Source: a virus
Lineage: Duplodnaviria; Heunggongvirae; Uroviricota; Caudoviricetes
Reading direction: 5' to 3' (one strand)
Length of the DNA: 64,000 bases
IMG/VR virus record: IMGVR_UViG_3300025778_000009
The position numbers were made by a program, and so were the translations under genes. This document shows positions 36,588 to 45,914 of this stretch, in pieces (position 1 is the first letter of the stretch; each line of letters opens with the position of its first letter). The notes beneath the pieces were generated by a model that was not told the origin of the DNA, did not search any database, and was given only the letters and a program-made list of their open reading frames with translations.

Positions 36588-37780
36588 TGTTTCACCTCCG
36601 GTAATGGTGCCTTAGGAGCTAATCCAATCAATGCATCAATCATTTGTGGAGTGACTACAATAGGCAATCCATGCTTATCCAAACCTGAACCAAGACCTTC
36701 TTGTACCTTAAGACCAGCAACTGCCTGAAGAATAGGAAGTGCAGAAGCAAGCTTAGTAGCAATATAACGATCGTTAACAGCTTTCTGAACTGATTGATCA
36801 AACTCAAACGTATCTGCCCATCCAATAAAGTCTAGAGTAATACCAACAGAAGCAAAGTATTCTTTTACGCTCTTTTGAATACTTTCCATCATAGGTACCA
36901 TATCTTCATTAGCCTGATCAAATGTACGTTTGCCGATTTCAGCACAAACAAGTGTCTGAACCTTCTTACGGCCTACATCATCCATAACATTAGCCAATGA
37001 ACGCCCATAATAAACAGATGTAAAGATTACTTGTGGATCATTACGATTACCTTGTTGTGGAACTACACCAAAGCGGTAAAGAAACTTAGCCGCATCAACT
37101 TCTGATACAGATGCGCCAATAGAAACACCTGCTGTAATATTCAAACCTTCCTTTGATTGACAAGGAAATGATTGATCTGAAGAAGCAGTTCCACGATTAG
37201 CAGACTTTACCCATTCACGAGAGTAGGGGGTACGATCAACAATAATCAAACGACCTGTAGGTACATAAAAGTCCCAATTCAAAAAGCCGCCTGAATTACT
37301 CAACTTAGCATGAGGAACAATAAAACGCTTTGCAGCAATCTTATTATCACTCAAATATGATTCAGAATCAAACTTGGCTTGAGTATCTTTGTTTGCACCA
37401 ACATCTGGAATCCAGAATGCTGATTCATTAGGAAGAATTGTATATGCTTCTGTCTTGTCAACAGTATCAGCATATGCAAATGCCTGTTGAGGATGTGCAA
37501 TTATCACAAGCAATAACAGCGCAGTAGATGCAGCCAGAAATTCTTGAATTTTATTCTTCCAAATAGCAAACAGAGTAACAAAAAGCACTAGCGTTGAAAT
37601 AAAATACACCGTGTTATTGATTGCAAAAACAAAACTCGTTGTAAGGTAAGTTGTTGTACTGTTATCAAATTGACTGCCTGCAACAGATCCTGTAATCAAA
37701 GTAGCCAAAGGATTAACTATACTAATTATTGTCATATAGACAAAAAAAGTAATAGCAGTTTTAATAATATTGCCGATCAT
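36584..37780 (-). CDS. integral membrane protein with three N-terminal TM helices and a large extracytoplasmic or soluble domain
   Basis: Hydrophobic segments are IIKTAITFFVYMTIISIV, FVFAINNTVYFISTLVLFVTLFAIW and AASTALLLLVIIAHP, followed by a 280-aa polar domain. Confidence 0.5.
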   Translation of the reverse strand: MIGNIIKTAITFFVYMTIISIVNPLATLITGSVAGSQFDNSTTTYLTTSFVFAINNTVYFISTLVLFVTLFAIWKNKIQEFLAASTALLLLVIIAHPQQAFAYADTVDKTEAYTILPNESAFWIPDVGANKDTQAKFDSESYLSDNKIAAKRFIVPHAKLSNSGGFLNWDFYVPTGRLIIVDRTPYSREWVKSANRGTASSDQSFPCQSKEGLNITAGVSIGASVSEVDAAKFLYRFGVVPQQGNRNDPQVIFTSVYYGRSLANVMDDVGRKKVQTLVCAEIGKRTFDQANEDMVPMMESIQKSVKEYFASVGITLDFIGWADTFEFDQSVQKAVNDRYIATKLASALPILQAVAGLKVQEGLGSGLDKHGLPIVVTPQMIDALIGLAPKAPLPEVKQ

Positions 37781-37803
37781 TATAAATGCTCCATTATAAA
37801 GCG

Positions 37804-38589
37804 TTACAGTTTAATTAAATCTTCTAGTTGATATTTCTGTGACATATAGCTAGAAACATTGTCTAAGACTGTTCTTTCTAAATCACCTTCACGTCTAGGA
37901 TATTCATTAACAGTAAAGTCTACATTATTAACTTTTTTAAAAGCTCTAATAATAGCTCTTACTGTATAACCAATACCAGTACCTAAATTTTCCAAACCAT
38001 TAGCAGGTTTGTCTATTGCTTTAATTAAAGCTTCACATATTTCGTTTACATGAACATAATCTCTAATACAAGTACCATCAGGTGTATTATAATCTGTACC
38101 GTAAAGATTAAATTCACCGGTATTTGCAGCTTTAATTAAATTATAAAGAAGACCGTCCGGGTTAGTAGGAGGAAAACCATCAGTTCCTATTACGTTATAA
38201 AATCTAAAAATAGTATAATTAAGATCTTTTTTATTGCAAACTTCTTTTACCACATCTTCACATGCACGCTTTGAAAATGCATATGGATTATTAGGGCTAG
38301 ATGCAGTCCCTGAAGAAGCAAAAATAAAATTATTATAAACAATCTTATTAAGTATATTAATTGTTCCACCAAGATTGTTATTATAATACTTAGAAGGTTC
38401 TTTAACCGATTCGTTAACCCTTACTAGTGCAGCAAGATGAATTACTGTATCTACAGAATAAAAAGTGAGTTTATCATTAATATCACCTTCATACTCTATT
38501 ACTTCATACAAGTCATTATAATGTGAAAGCATCTTTACTAAATGCTGACCAATATAACCCTTACTGCCTGTAATAATAATTTTTTTCAT
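37804..38589 (-). CDS. NAD(P)-dependent sugar epimerase/reductase (extended SDR family, GalE/RmlD-like)
   Basis: The N-terminal Rossmann motif is KIIITGSKGYIGQHL (TGxxGxxG). The catalytic YxxxK is NPYAFSKRACE. Confidence 0.7.
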   Translation of the reverse strand: MKKIIITGSKGYIGQHLVKMLSHYNDLYEVIEYEGDINDKLTFYSVDTVIHLAALVRVNESVKEPSKYYNNNLGGTINILNKIVYNNFIFASSGTASSPNNPYAFSKRACEDVVKEVCNKKDLNYTIFRFYNVIGTDGFPPTNPDGLLYNLIKAANTGEFNLYGTDYNTPDGTCIRDYVHVNEICEALIKAIDKPANGLENLGTGIGYTVRAIIRAFKKVNNVDFTVNEYPRREGDLERTVLDNVSSYMSQKYQLEDLIKL

Positions 38590-38593
38590 TTAG

Positions 38594-38788
38594 TTAACGG
38601 ATAACTTTCAAGTGATCAAAAACATAACCTGATGCTTTCAAGAATGTTTCAAATTGGCTTAACACAACATGAAGATTAGCTTCTGTAGCATCAAATGATA
38701 TTTCTACTGTCTGGTCAGGATGATCATCCATTCCGCTGTTGACCATATCCATACGGAATGTGTATGTTACACTAAAATCGTCATTCAT
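38594..38788 (-). CDS. hypothetical protein
   Basis: 64-aa ORF in the minus-strand operon. Confidence 0.35.
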   Translation of the reverse strand: MNDDFSVTYTFRMDMVNSGMDDHPDQTVEISFDATEANLHVVLSQFETFLKASGYVFDHLKVIR

Positions 38789-39198
38789 AATATAAACTCC
38801 AAATGATCTTCTACTACCTTAAAACGCACTGTTTGAGGATTGCCATTAATCTTAGTATAGTCTCTACCCCCATCAATAGCAACTTTATCGGCCGCACGAT
38901 AATCATGACGGTACCGACTATATACGACTTTCTCACCTAAAACAATACCGGTATACTCTACTTCTGTAGCTGAGATGCCATTAGCAATCATTAGATCACC
39001 ATCCATATCAAAATACAAACCAAAATAGTTAGAACCTTCTGGATGAGCTTTTTCTGTGTAGAAAATAGCACATGGAAAGTTGCCCCAGTCTCCACTCTTA
39101 AGTCTCAAACACGAATCAAAGATATAAGTAGCATTATATTTCTCTTCTATTTTTGCTATAGAATCTGGTCTAAGAAATGATGAAGTGTCTATCCACAT
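38785..39198 (-). CDS. hypothetical protein
   Basis: 137-aa ORF overlapping its neighbours by 4 nt. Confidence 0.4.
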   Translation of the reverse strand: MWIDTSSFLRPDSIAKIEEKYNATYIFDSCLRLKSGDWGNFPCAIFYTEKAHPEGSNYFGLYFDMDGDLMIANGISATEVEYTGIVLGEKVVYSRYRHDYRAADKVAIDGGRDYTKINGNPQTVRFKVVEDHLEFIL

Positions 39199-39504
39199 TT
39201 ATTTTTTCCTATAGTACATTGTATAAATTTTTTCTAACCCAACTTTGTTCGGATGCTTATGAATCCATTGTCCTGTATATGGGCTAAACTCTTTTTGGAA
39301 GTACAAATCCATTATATCGTTTTCTGTAGAAATGGCAATATTTATTTTAGATGCAAGTTCATCAAACTCAGCATCAGTCATAATAGAATCTGAATGTACT
39401 TCATAAGCATAAGCTGCTACTGATAATTTAATTCTATTTCGTCTTTCTATTTCAACCGGTGACCCCCAATTAGACTTAACTTCCATAAAGTCTTCTATAC
39501 TCAA
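39199..39504 (-). CDS. hypothetical protein
   Basis: 101-aa ORF. Confidence 0.4.
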   Translation of the reverse strand: MSIEDFMEVKSNWGSPVEIERRNRIKLSVAAYAYEVHSDSIMTDAEFDELASKINIAISTENDIMDLYFQKEFSPYTGQWIHKHPNKVGLEKIYTMYYRKK

Positions 39505-39860
39505 GACATACCTACTATATGCTTACAGTTACGACGGAACATAAAAGCCTGACAAGTACAAGACTTATAATTCTCTCCTACAGTTACAATATAAGTATCA
39601 CCTTTAGAACCTGTAACTGAAAAAGTGCGCTCTTTTACTGCTTCTGTTTTAAAAGAAGTAGCAGCACCATCCATTTCTATAATATCTTCTTTAGGTATGA
39701 TACGAAACTTAAACTTAGTATTTTCGCTTGTAGTAAGAGCAATAGCATCATACTCTACCCATTTAGGAGTAGCAACAAGCTCTCCTTCATAGGTATAGTA
39801 ATTTTGTCCCATTGTACGGTGAGAGTTTTTAACTGTAACTTTCATTGCTTTGACACACAA
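39501..39860 (-). CDS. SWIM-type zinc-finger protein
   Basis: The C-terminal SCTCQAFMFRRNCKHIVGM matches the CxCx(n)CxH SWIM signature. Confidence 0.55.
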   Translation of the reverse strand: MCVKAMKVTVKNSHRTMGQNYYTYEGELVATPKWVEYDAIALTTSENTKFKFRIIPKEDIIEMDGAATSFKTEAVKERTFSVTGSKGDTYIVTVGENYKSCTCQAFMFRRNCKHIVGMS

Positions 39861-40027
39861 GTAATATAAGGATGTAAGGAAGCAAACTCTTTTGCGATCA
39901 TTTTAGATGATACTTCACAATGAGCTTTATCTTTTACTGGTGTCTCAATAGTTACTTTAGATTTCTCTACACCAGTAAAAGATAAAGATACAATCATAAC
40001 TAGAACATAAGACATATTAACGATCAA
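39842..40027 (-). CDS. small hypothetical protein
   Basis: 61-aa ORF with a hydrophobic N-terminus. Confidence 0.3.
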   Translation of the reverse strand: MIVNMSYVLVMIVSLSFTGVEKSKVTIETPVKDKAHCEVSSKMIAKEFASLHPYITCVSKQ

Positions 40028-40202
40028 TTGCTAAATCATGATAGTAGTCAGCTGCATCTCCAAGATACTCTTGAAGGCGGTTATCAATTTCTTCTGAATT
40101 ACTACAAACTATATCATAGGCTTCAGACCAATCCATTAATGGATTTTTATCCATAAGTTCCTCGACCATCTTGTCAAGAATTTGAACCCATAGTTCTTTC
40201 AT
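40017..40202 (-). CDS. small acidic hypothetical protein
   Basis: 61-aa ORF. Confidence 0.3.
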   Translation of the reverse strand: MKELWVQILDKMVEELMDKNPLMDWSEAYDIVCSNSEEIDNRLQEYLGDAADYYHDLAIDR

Positions 40203-40205
40203 ATA

Positions 40206-40535
40206 TTACATGCTCCAGTAAGTTTCTTTCGAAGGATCACAAGCAAGAGGAGTAGAAGCAAGAATCGTAACATCCTTGCCGGTCATAAGGCTCTTAACAA
40301 CCTTAGTACGAGTTTCTTCCGTATGCTGAGCCTTTGCTTTCTTAAGATGCAGCTTAGCATTACCAATCTTCAAACCCAACTTATGGCAGAGTTCAGAAAG
40401 AATAACTTCGTCGGTATCACCCTTACGAAGCGAACCCATGATAAAATTACGAACTTCATTCCGTTTATGACGCATTTGAGTATCTCCATTTCTCATCTTA
40501 TAATTAATCATAGCGGTTTTAGGAAAATAATGCAA
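40206..40535 (-). CDS. hypothetical basic protein
   Basis: 109-aa Lys/Arg-rich ORF. Confidence 0.4.
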   Translation of the reverse strand: MHYFPKTAMINYKMRNGDTQMRHKRNEVRNFIMGSLRKGDTDEVILSELCHKLGLKIGNAKLHLKKAKAQHTEETRTKVVKSLMTGKDVTILASTPLACDPSKETYWSM

Positions 40536-40545
40536 CTGTTATTTT

Positions 40546-40917
40546 TTACCCTACCTTAACATAGCAAACTTCTTCGATATCAATAAAATCTTCCTTCACT
40601 TCATATTCATAGTTATCAGTACCGTCACCTAAAAACATTTTTTCACTATATCTCAATTCTTCCATAAACTTTTTATCAATTTTTTCTCCTACAAACTCAA
40701 CAGATACGTAACCAGAATCTTCAAACCGATACCAACCTTTTTTAGTAACTACTTCATTAATAGTATCAACATCACCACCAAAGAATTCTTCTGCCGACAT
40801 ACTACCTAATTCGAATTTATCCATAAATTCTTTTGCTAATTTGTTCATTTTCATCTCTCCATTTATCATATTATTATAATCGTATAAATCTGATATAAAA
40901 TCTACTGTTTTTTTCAT
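40546..40917 (-). CDS. hypothetical acidic protein, first gene of the minus-strand operon
   Basis: 123-aa ORF whose start abuts the inverted-repeat region. Confidence 0.4.
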   Translation of the reverse strand: MKKTVDFISDLYDYNNMINGEMKMNKLAKEFMDKFELGSMSAEEFFGGDVDTINEVVTKKGWYRFEDSGYVSVEFVGEKIDKKFMEELRYSEKMFLGDGTDNYEYEVKEDFIDIEEVCYVKVG

Positions 40918-40925
40918 AAAAACGC

Positions 40926-41012
40926 CATTGAAATCATTGAGTTTTTTTAGATCTAGCTAACTTATTGAAATCATTATACTTTTTATATCAAAAAAACTCA
41001 ATGATTTCAATG
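40926..41012. promoter_or_regulatory. 23-bp perfect inverted repeat with a 41-bp spacer that contains a third partial copy, in the divergent intergenic region
   Basis: The arm cattgaaatcattgagttttttt at 40926..40948 has its exact reverse complement aaaaaaactcaatgatttcaatg at 40990..41012. The spacer contains attgaaatcatt at 40964..40975 and an agatct palindrome. Confidence 0.6.
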
Positions 41013-41083
41013 TCGTTTTTTTATAGATTTTATTATAAAAACATGCTATATTTAATTATAAGATAAAATAAAGGAGATAAAAA

Positions 41084-41284
41084 ATGACAAAACGTATTTT
41101 CGCCACTTTTGACTTCGAGCACGAAACAGTTCTCGGCGACCTTTTAGACCTTTTATTCTGCTATCAAGGTAAAATTGAATCTTTTTTTCCTCGTGAAGAT
41201 GTATGGGTTTTGACTCTATCTTTTTCAGCAGAAAAAGAATTAAAAAGCTTTATAGAAGATTTAGGTCGTGATCCGATTTACTAG
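41084..41284 (+). CDS. small hypothetical protein (early-region type)
   Basis: 66-aa ORF with AAAGGAGAT upstream. Confidence 0.4.
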   Translation: MTKRIFATFDFEHETVLGDLLDLLFCYQGKIESFFPREDVWVLTLSFSAEKELKSFIEDLGRDPIY

Positions 41285-41339
41285 TTGCTATTATTTTCAA
41301 AATACCGTATATTAGTATTATGAGAAATGGAGAAGTGAA

Positions 41340-41555
41340 ATGAATGTCAATGAAGCAATATCATTAGCTAATCAGCTTGAACTTTTAATTACTAATTCTC
41401 TCACATACAATATGTCTCGAGAACAGCTCATACAAGGGATAGGATTTGTATCTAAGGAGCTACGTGAGTATGCGGATAAGCTAGATTCTGATATGTATAA
41501 CGAATTAGGTCATGCATACGAGAAGTATGATGATGCAATGGTTGTTGGAGGTTAA
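41340..41555 (+). CDS. small hypothetical protein
   Basis: 71-aa ORF with a GGAGAAG RBS. Confidence 0.4.
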   Translation: MNVNEAISLANQLELLITNSLTYNMSREQLIQGIGFVSKELREYADKLDSDMYNELGHAYEKYDDAMVVGG

Positions 41556-41961
41556 TATGATCCCTGTTACTTTTCCTGCTGGTCGTTATCTCATTGGTGA
41601 TCTTTGCTACCGTGATGAATATATGTGGGATGCTATGCTTAATACACCTATGGGTAAAAAAGGCAAAGTAGAGAATTCCTATGAAGGTACTGTTCATGAT
41701 TTTTGTATTTTAAGGACTAAGTGGGGTGATGGTGGTTATGATGATCAATATGGTAACGAATATTTTGTAGATTCTGGTACAATTGGAATTATGAGCTGGA
41801 ATCAAGATAAAAAAGATAGCGGTACTGGTCGCACTTTTAATTTTGCCGGTCCGTTTCAAGTATATGAAGAAAACGGTAAGTTGGTTTTTGGTAGTATCAT
41901 CATTAATACTGATCCAGTATATGAAGAAAAAGAAGAATATGAACTAGAGGAGACATTCTAA
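41512..41961 (+). CDS. hypothetical protein
   Basis: 149-aa ORF. The true start is probably the internal Met MIPVTFPAG, which follows GGAGG. Confidence 0.45.
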   Translation: MHTRSMMMQWLLEVNMIPVTFPAGRYLIGDLCYRDEYMWDAMLNTPMGKKGKVENSYEGTVHDFCILRTKWGDGGYDDQYGNEYFVDSGTIGIMSWNQDKKDSGTGRTFNFAGPFQVYEENGKLVFGSIIINTDPVYEEKEEYELEETF

Positions 41962-41963
41962 TA

Positions 41964-42143
41964 TGGATAAGCTATTAATTTTTTTAGGTGCTTTGGTTAT
42001 CATTATCATCGGACCGTTTCTTTCAATCTGGGCATTGGATACTCTTTTCCCAGTGCTTAATATCCCCTATACACTTGAAACATGGTTTGCTGCTGCAATT
42101 TTGTCAGCTGGGGTATATACTAGACCTAATAAGAAAGGTTGAT
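41964..42143 (+). CDS. small membrane protein (59 aa)
   Basis: MDKLLIFLGALVIIIIGPFLSIWALDTLFPVLNIPYTLETWFAAAILSAGVYTRPNKKG: two hydrophobic segments. It falls below the ORF-track length cutoff. Confidence 0.3.
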
Positions 42144-42324
42144 TATGTTTAACTTACAGGCTTGCTATTCTATCAATGATATACTATTCTCAGTATCATT
42201 GTTTACAATGATTTTAACAGTCATTGTTACATTTACGTATTTGATGGTTACGTTGATTAAAGATGCAGTGTTTGAAGTACAAGACATGAAATCTAAGAAA
42301 GATAGAGCCATAAATACTCAATGA
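42139..42324 (+). CDS. small membrane protein
   Basis: 61-aa hydrophobic ORF. Confidence 0.3.
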   Translation: MIMFNLQACYSINDILFSVSLFTMILTVIVTFTYLMVTLIKDAVFEVQDMKSKKDRAINTQ

Positions 42325-42334
42325 GGAGTAGTAT

Positions 42335-42865
42335 ATGGCAATTATTACAGATCAACCACAAAATATTAATTTTCTTTCACCGTTAGGGTTCAGGTTTAAA
42401 TTAGCCAGAACTCCTAATGTGAATTTTTTTGTTACTGATGTTAAACTGCCTTCTATAAGTTTAGGATTTGTAGAAGTTCCTTCACCGTTTAAAATTATTG
42501 AAATAGCTGGTAATAAATTAGATTACGGTGATTTTGAATTAACATTTAGATTAGATGAAGATTTAGAATCTTATTTTGAGATTTATAACTGGTTAACTGC
42601 TATCGGATTTCCAGAAGACTTTAAGCAATTTGCTAAATTAAAAAACTCTTCTAATGCATATGGCTCGCTTCAGACTCAATATTCAGACGGAACATTAACT
42701 ATATTAACAAATGAAATGGTTCCTAATTATGAAGTTAATTTTGTCAATATGTATCCTACAACAATTAGCGATATAAATTTTACAGTTACTGATACAGATG
42801 TAAATTATATTACGGCAACCGTTACATTTAAATACCAGATTTATCGCATTAATAAAGCCCAATAA
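42335..42865 (+). CDS. tail tube protein paralog (gp19-like fold; tube initiator/terminator candidate)
   Basis: LPSISLGFVEVPSPFKIIEIAGNKLDYGDFELTFRLDEDLESYFEIYNW aligns with the gp19 segment of this window, LPASSLGTIEVPYFGRKLKIAGDRKFDPWTVTIINDEDFLVRNAMETW. Confidence 0.55.
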   Translation: MAIITDQPQNINFLSPLGFRFKLARTPNVNFFVTDVKLPSISLGFVEVPSPFKIIEIAGNKLDYGDFELTFRLDEDLESYFEIYNWLTAIGFPEDFKQFAKLKNSSNAYGSLQTQYSDGTLTILTNEMVPNYEVNFVNMYPTTISDINFTVTDTDVNYITATVTFKYQIYRINKAQ

Positions 42866-42874
42866 AGGTTTGTT

Positions 42875-43309
42875 ATGAAACTAGATGATATTATGGAAAT
42901 GTGGTCTGAGGACTGCAATGTGAATCGACTTGAGTTGGGTGAAGAGAGTCTTAAGCTTCCTAAACTTCACAGTAAGTATCTTCGCATTTTTACAGAAGAG
43001 AGACTTTTACTCCGTAGATTAGAAGGTGAACGTAAAGAGCTTATACTTCTTAAGCACGATTATTATCGCGGTGTAATGCCAGAAGAAGATTTAAGATCAA
43101 ACGGTTGGGAGCCGTTCAGGCTTAACGTTCTTAAATCAGACATACCAATGTATATTGAAGCAGATCAAGACATCGTCAAATTAAACCTTCGTGTTGCTAT
43201 GCAGCAGGAAAAGGTAGACGCATTAGAATCAATTATCCGCTCTATAAATAATAGAGGGTACTTGATTAAGAATGCGATAGAATTTGAGAAATTTAAAGTG
43301 GGCGCGTGA
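42875..43309 (+). CDS. uvsY: recombination mediator UvsY
   Basis: The 144-aa protein carries LKHDYYRG, like T4 UvsY LKARLDYYSG. Its size and its position next to UvsW and gp55 also fit. Confidence 0.65.
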   Translation: MKLDDIMEMWSEDCNVNRLELGEESLKLPKLHSKYLRIFTEERLLLRRLEGERKELILLKHDYYRGVMPEEDLRSNGWEPFRLNVLKSDIPMYIEADQDIVKLNLRVAMQQEKVDALESIIRSINNRGYLIKNAIEFEKFKVGA

Positions 43310-44738
43310 TAAATTGAAGCTTGAAAAGGTAAATGAAGTTTACCTGAAAGTTAGCAGTGAAGCATCCGTCATCCAAGAACTTTCAGATCATCTTACTTTT
43401 GAAGTACCAGGAGCTAAATTCTCTCCTGCGTATAAAAATAAATTTTGGGATGGTAAAATAAGACTTCTTAACTCTTTAACTGGCTTGACTTATGCAGGCC
43501 TGGTTAAAGAGATTTCTGAGTTTGCTAGCGTACGTAACTATGATATAGAGGTTGATCCTGAACTACAACCTAAAGAATATATTGGAAATCCATATTCGCT
43601 TGGTATAAAAATCAATCCAAGAGATTATCAAATTAATGCTTTTAAACAAGCTGTATCCAATGAAAGAGGTATTTTTCTTTCACCTACTGCTTCAGGTAAG
43701 TCTCTTATCATATATGCATTGACAAAATATTATAATTGTGAGAACTATAAAGTATTAGTCATTGTTCCTACTGTATCTCTTGTTCTTCAGATGAAGAAAG
43801 ACTTTGAAAGTTATACTGACGAACAATTAGACATTCATAGTATTACTGCAGGTGTTGATAAAGTATCAAAAAGCCCTATTGTTATATCAACATGGCAATC
43901 TATCTATAAGATGCCTAAGGATTGGTTTAATCAATTTGGTTGTGTGATTGGGGACGAGGTCCATCTATTTAAAGCTACTTCACTTAAATCAATTATGGAA
44001 AAATTAATTAATTGTAAATACCGTTACGGGTTTACAGGTACATTAGATGGTTCCTTGACTAATAAGATTACACTTGAAGGGTTGTTTGGTCCTGTCAAGC
44101 AGGTAACGACAACAACTGAGTTGATGAGTCAAGGTCATGTTGCTAATCTTAAAATTAAAGCTATCATTTTAAAACATTCTTTAGAAGATAAAAAATTAGC
44201 TAAGAAATTTACCTATCCGGATGAAATGGATTTCTTAGTTAGACACGAAAAGAGAAATAAATTTATACGCAATTTAACTTTATCTTTAAATGGTAATTCT
44301 CTTGTTCTTTTTCAGTATGTTGATAAGCATGGTAAAACGTTATATGATATGCTAACAGCCAAAGATTCAAATCGTAAAATTTATTTTGTACATGGTGGAG
44401 TAGAAGGTGATGACAGAGAAAGAATTAGAGGAATCGTTGAGGGAGAATCCAATGCTATTATTGTGGCAAGCTATGGTACTTTCTCAACCGGTATTAATAT
44501 ACGAAACCTTCATTCTGTTGTGCTTGCTTCTCCTTCTAAGTCTCGTATTAGAATATTACAGTCCATTGGACGTGGACTACGTATTGGGGATGATAAGTTT
44601 GAAATGACTTTATATGATTTAGCTGATGATTTAAAGTCAGGCACGCATACCAACTTTACCCTACAACATTTTACTGAAAGACTAAATATTTACAATGATG
44701 AAGGCTTTGATTATAAAATTTTCAATACGGAGCTTTAA
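43284..44738 (+). CDS. uvsW: SF2 DNA helicase UvsW
   Basis: Walker A is SPTASGKS. The DExH box is IGDEVH. It carries a helicase C-terminal domain and is syntenic with UvsY. Confidence 0.7.
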   Translation: MRNLKWARDKLKLEKVNEVYLKVSSEASVIQELSDHLTFEVPGAKFSPAYKNKFWDGKIRLLNSLTGLTYAGLVKEISEFASVRNYDIEVDPELQPKEYIGNPYSLGIKINPRDYQINAFKQAVSNERGIFLSPTASGKSLIIYALTKYYNCENYKVLVIVPTVSLVLQMKKDFESYTDEQLDIHSITAGVDKVSKSPIVISTWQSIYKMPKDWFNQFGCVIGDEVHLFKATSLKSIMEKLINCKYRYGFTGTLDGSLTNKITLEGLFGPVKQVTTTTELMSQGHVANLKIKAIILKHSLEDKKLAKKFTYPDEMDFLVRHEKRNKFIRNLTLSLNGNSLVLFQYVDKHGKTLYDMLTAKDSNRKIYFVHGGVEGDDRERIRGIVEGESNAIIVASYGTFSTGINIRNLHSVVLASPSKSRIRILQSIGRGLRIGDDKFEMTLYDLADDLKSGTHTNFTLQHFTERLNIYNDEGFDYKIFNTEL

Positions 44739-45068
44739 ATGAAGATTGTATTGTTTACAATACCTGGTAGCCCACCGATTGTTGGTGGTGTATCAGATGA
44801 TCAAGATACAGATTACATGAAAGTAGAATACCCAGTAGTATTTTTAAAAGAAGAAAATTTAATTTATACAATTCCATATATGCCTTTAGCTAAACTAGGC
44901 GTTGTTCTTTTTAATAGAAATAATATTGTGAGTGTGTCTGCTGTTGACGAAGAAATTAAAAATGAATATGAAGAAGTAGTTAAAGCATTAAAACTTCAGA
45001 AGCACATATTTAAAAAACCAGATGAAGAAAAATTAAAAAAGATTATTGATAAGAAAGTCTTACATTAA
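44739..45068 (+). CDS. hypothetical protein
   Basis: 109-aa ORF. Confidence 0.4.
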   Translation: MKIVLFTIPGSPPIVGGVSDDQDTDYMKVEYPVVFLKEENLIYTIPYMPLAKLGVVLFNRNNIVSVSAVDEEIKNEYEEVVKALKLQKHIFKKPDEEKLKKIIDKKVLH

Positions 45069-45139
45069 TTAGTTGAATTATTTTAATAAATCTGTTATTA
45101 TAATAGTTATATTTACATACATTTATTTTAGGAATTATT

Positions 45140-45697
45140 ATGGCAGATCCCAAGAAGAATAAGCATTATATTGATAATAAAAGATTTTATACTGAGATTT
45201 TAAAGCATAAAGCCGACGTAGAAAAAGCAAAAGCAGATGGTTTAGATGAACCAAGAATACCACCTTATATAGGTGAGTGCCTCTTTAAAATTGCAACAAG
45301 ACTATCATTAAAACCAAATTTTGTTAGTTATACTTTCAGAGAAGAAATGATATCTGATGGATTAGAAAATTGTATAAATTATTTTCACAATTTTAATCCA
45401 GAAAAATCTGACAATCCATTTGCCTATTTCACACAGATTATTTGGTTTGCTTTTATTAGACGTATTGATAAAGAAAAAAAACATCTTTATATTAAACAAA
45501 AGACATTAGAAAATTTTTATTTTGAAGGTATGTTGGCTGAACAAGGTATTGGTGAAGACGACAGGACCGTAACTGTTAATTTAGATAACGAGTATATGAA
45601 GGGCTTAGTTGAATCTTATGATAAGAAGCAGCTAGAAAAACAAAAGAAAAATAAAGCCCGTAAGTTAGGAGTGGAGAAATTCTATGAATCAGAATAG
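45140..45697 (+). CDS. gp55: late-transcription sigma factor
   Basis: Exactly 185 aa, as in T4 gp55. HYIDNKRFYTEIL matches T4 NYVNNKELLQAII. NPFAYFTQIIWFAFIRRIDKEKK matches T4 [23 protein letters not shown]. Confidence 0.85.
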   Translation: MADPKKNKHYIDNKRFYTEILKHKADVEKAKADGLDEPRIPPYIGECLFKIATRLSLKPNFVSYTFREEMISDGLENCINYFHNFNPEKSDNPFAYFTQIIWFAFIRRIDKEKKHLYIKQKTLENFYFEGMLAEQGIGEDDRTVTVNLDNEYMKGLVESYDKKQLEKQKKNKARKLGVEKFYESE

Positions 45698-45914
45698 AAT
45701 ACATTTAGTGCCGCAGATAGTTGTTGACTGCGCAGAAAATTTAATGAATGCAAAACACGATCATATGAAAGATACGTATACTATACGTTTGGAAACAATT
45801 CGTGATTATTGCGATGCAGCTTTAAAACAAGCAGGTAGCCCAACTAGACAAGTATTTGAAAAGAAAACTAAATCACAATTAAATTATTCTCGCATTGGTA
45901 GAAACAACGTATGA
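45684..45914 (+). CDS. small hypothetical protein
   Basis: 76-aa ORF between gp55 and gp47. Confidence 0.35.
   Translation: MNQNRIHLVPQIVVDCAENLMNAKHDHMKDTYTIRLETIRDYCDAALKQAGSPTRQVFEKKTKSQLNYSRIGRNNV

Noticed and set aside
36584-37780. SPFH/band-7 (prohibitin-like) assignment for the membrane protein.
   Set aside because: Only a vague resemblance of the post-TM region. No convincing SPFH core motifs. Kept as a generic membrane protein.
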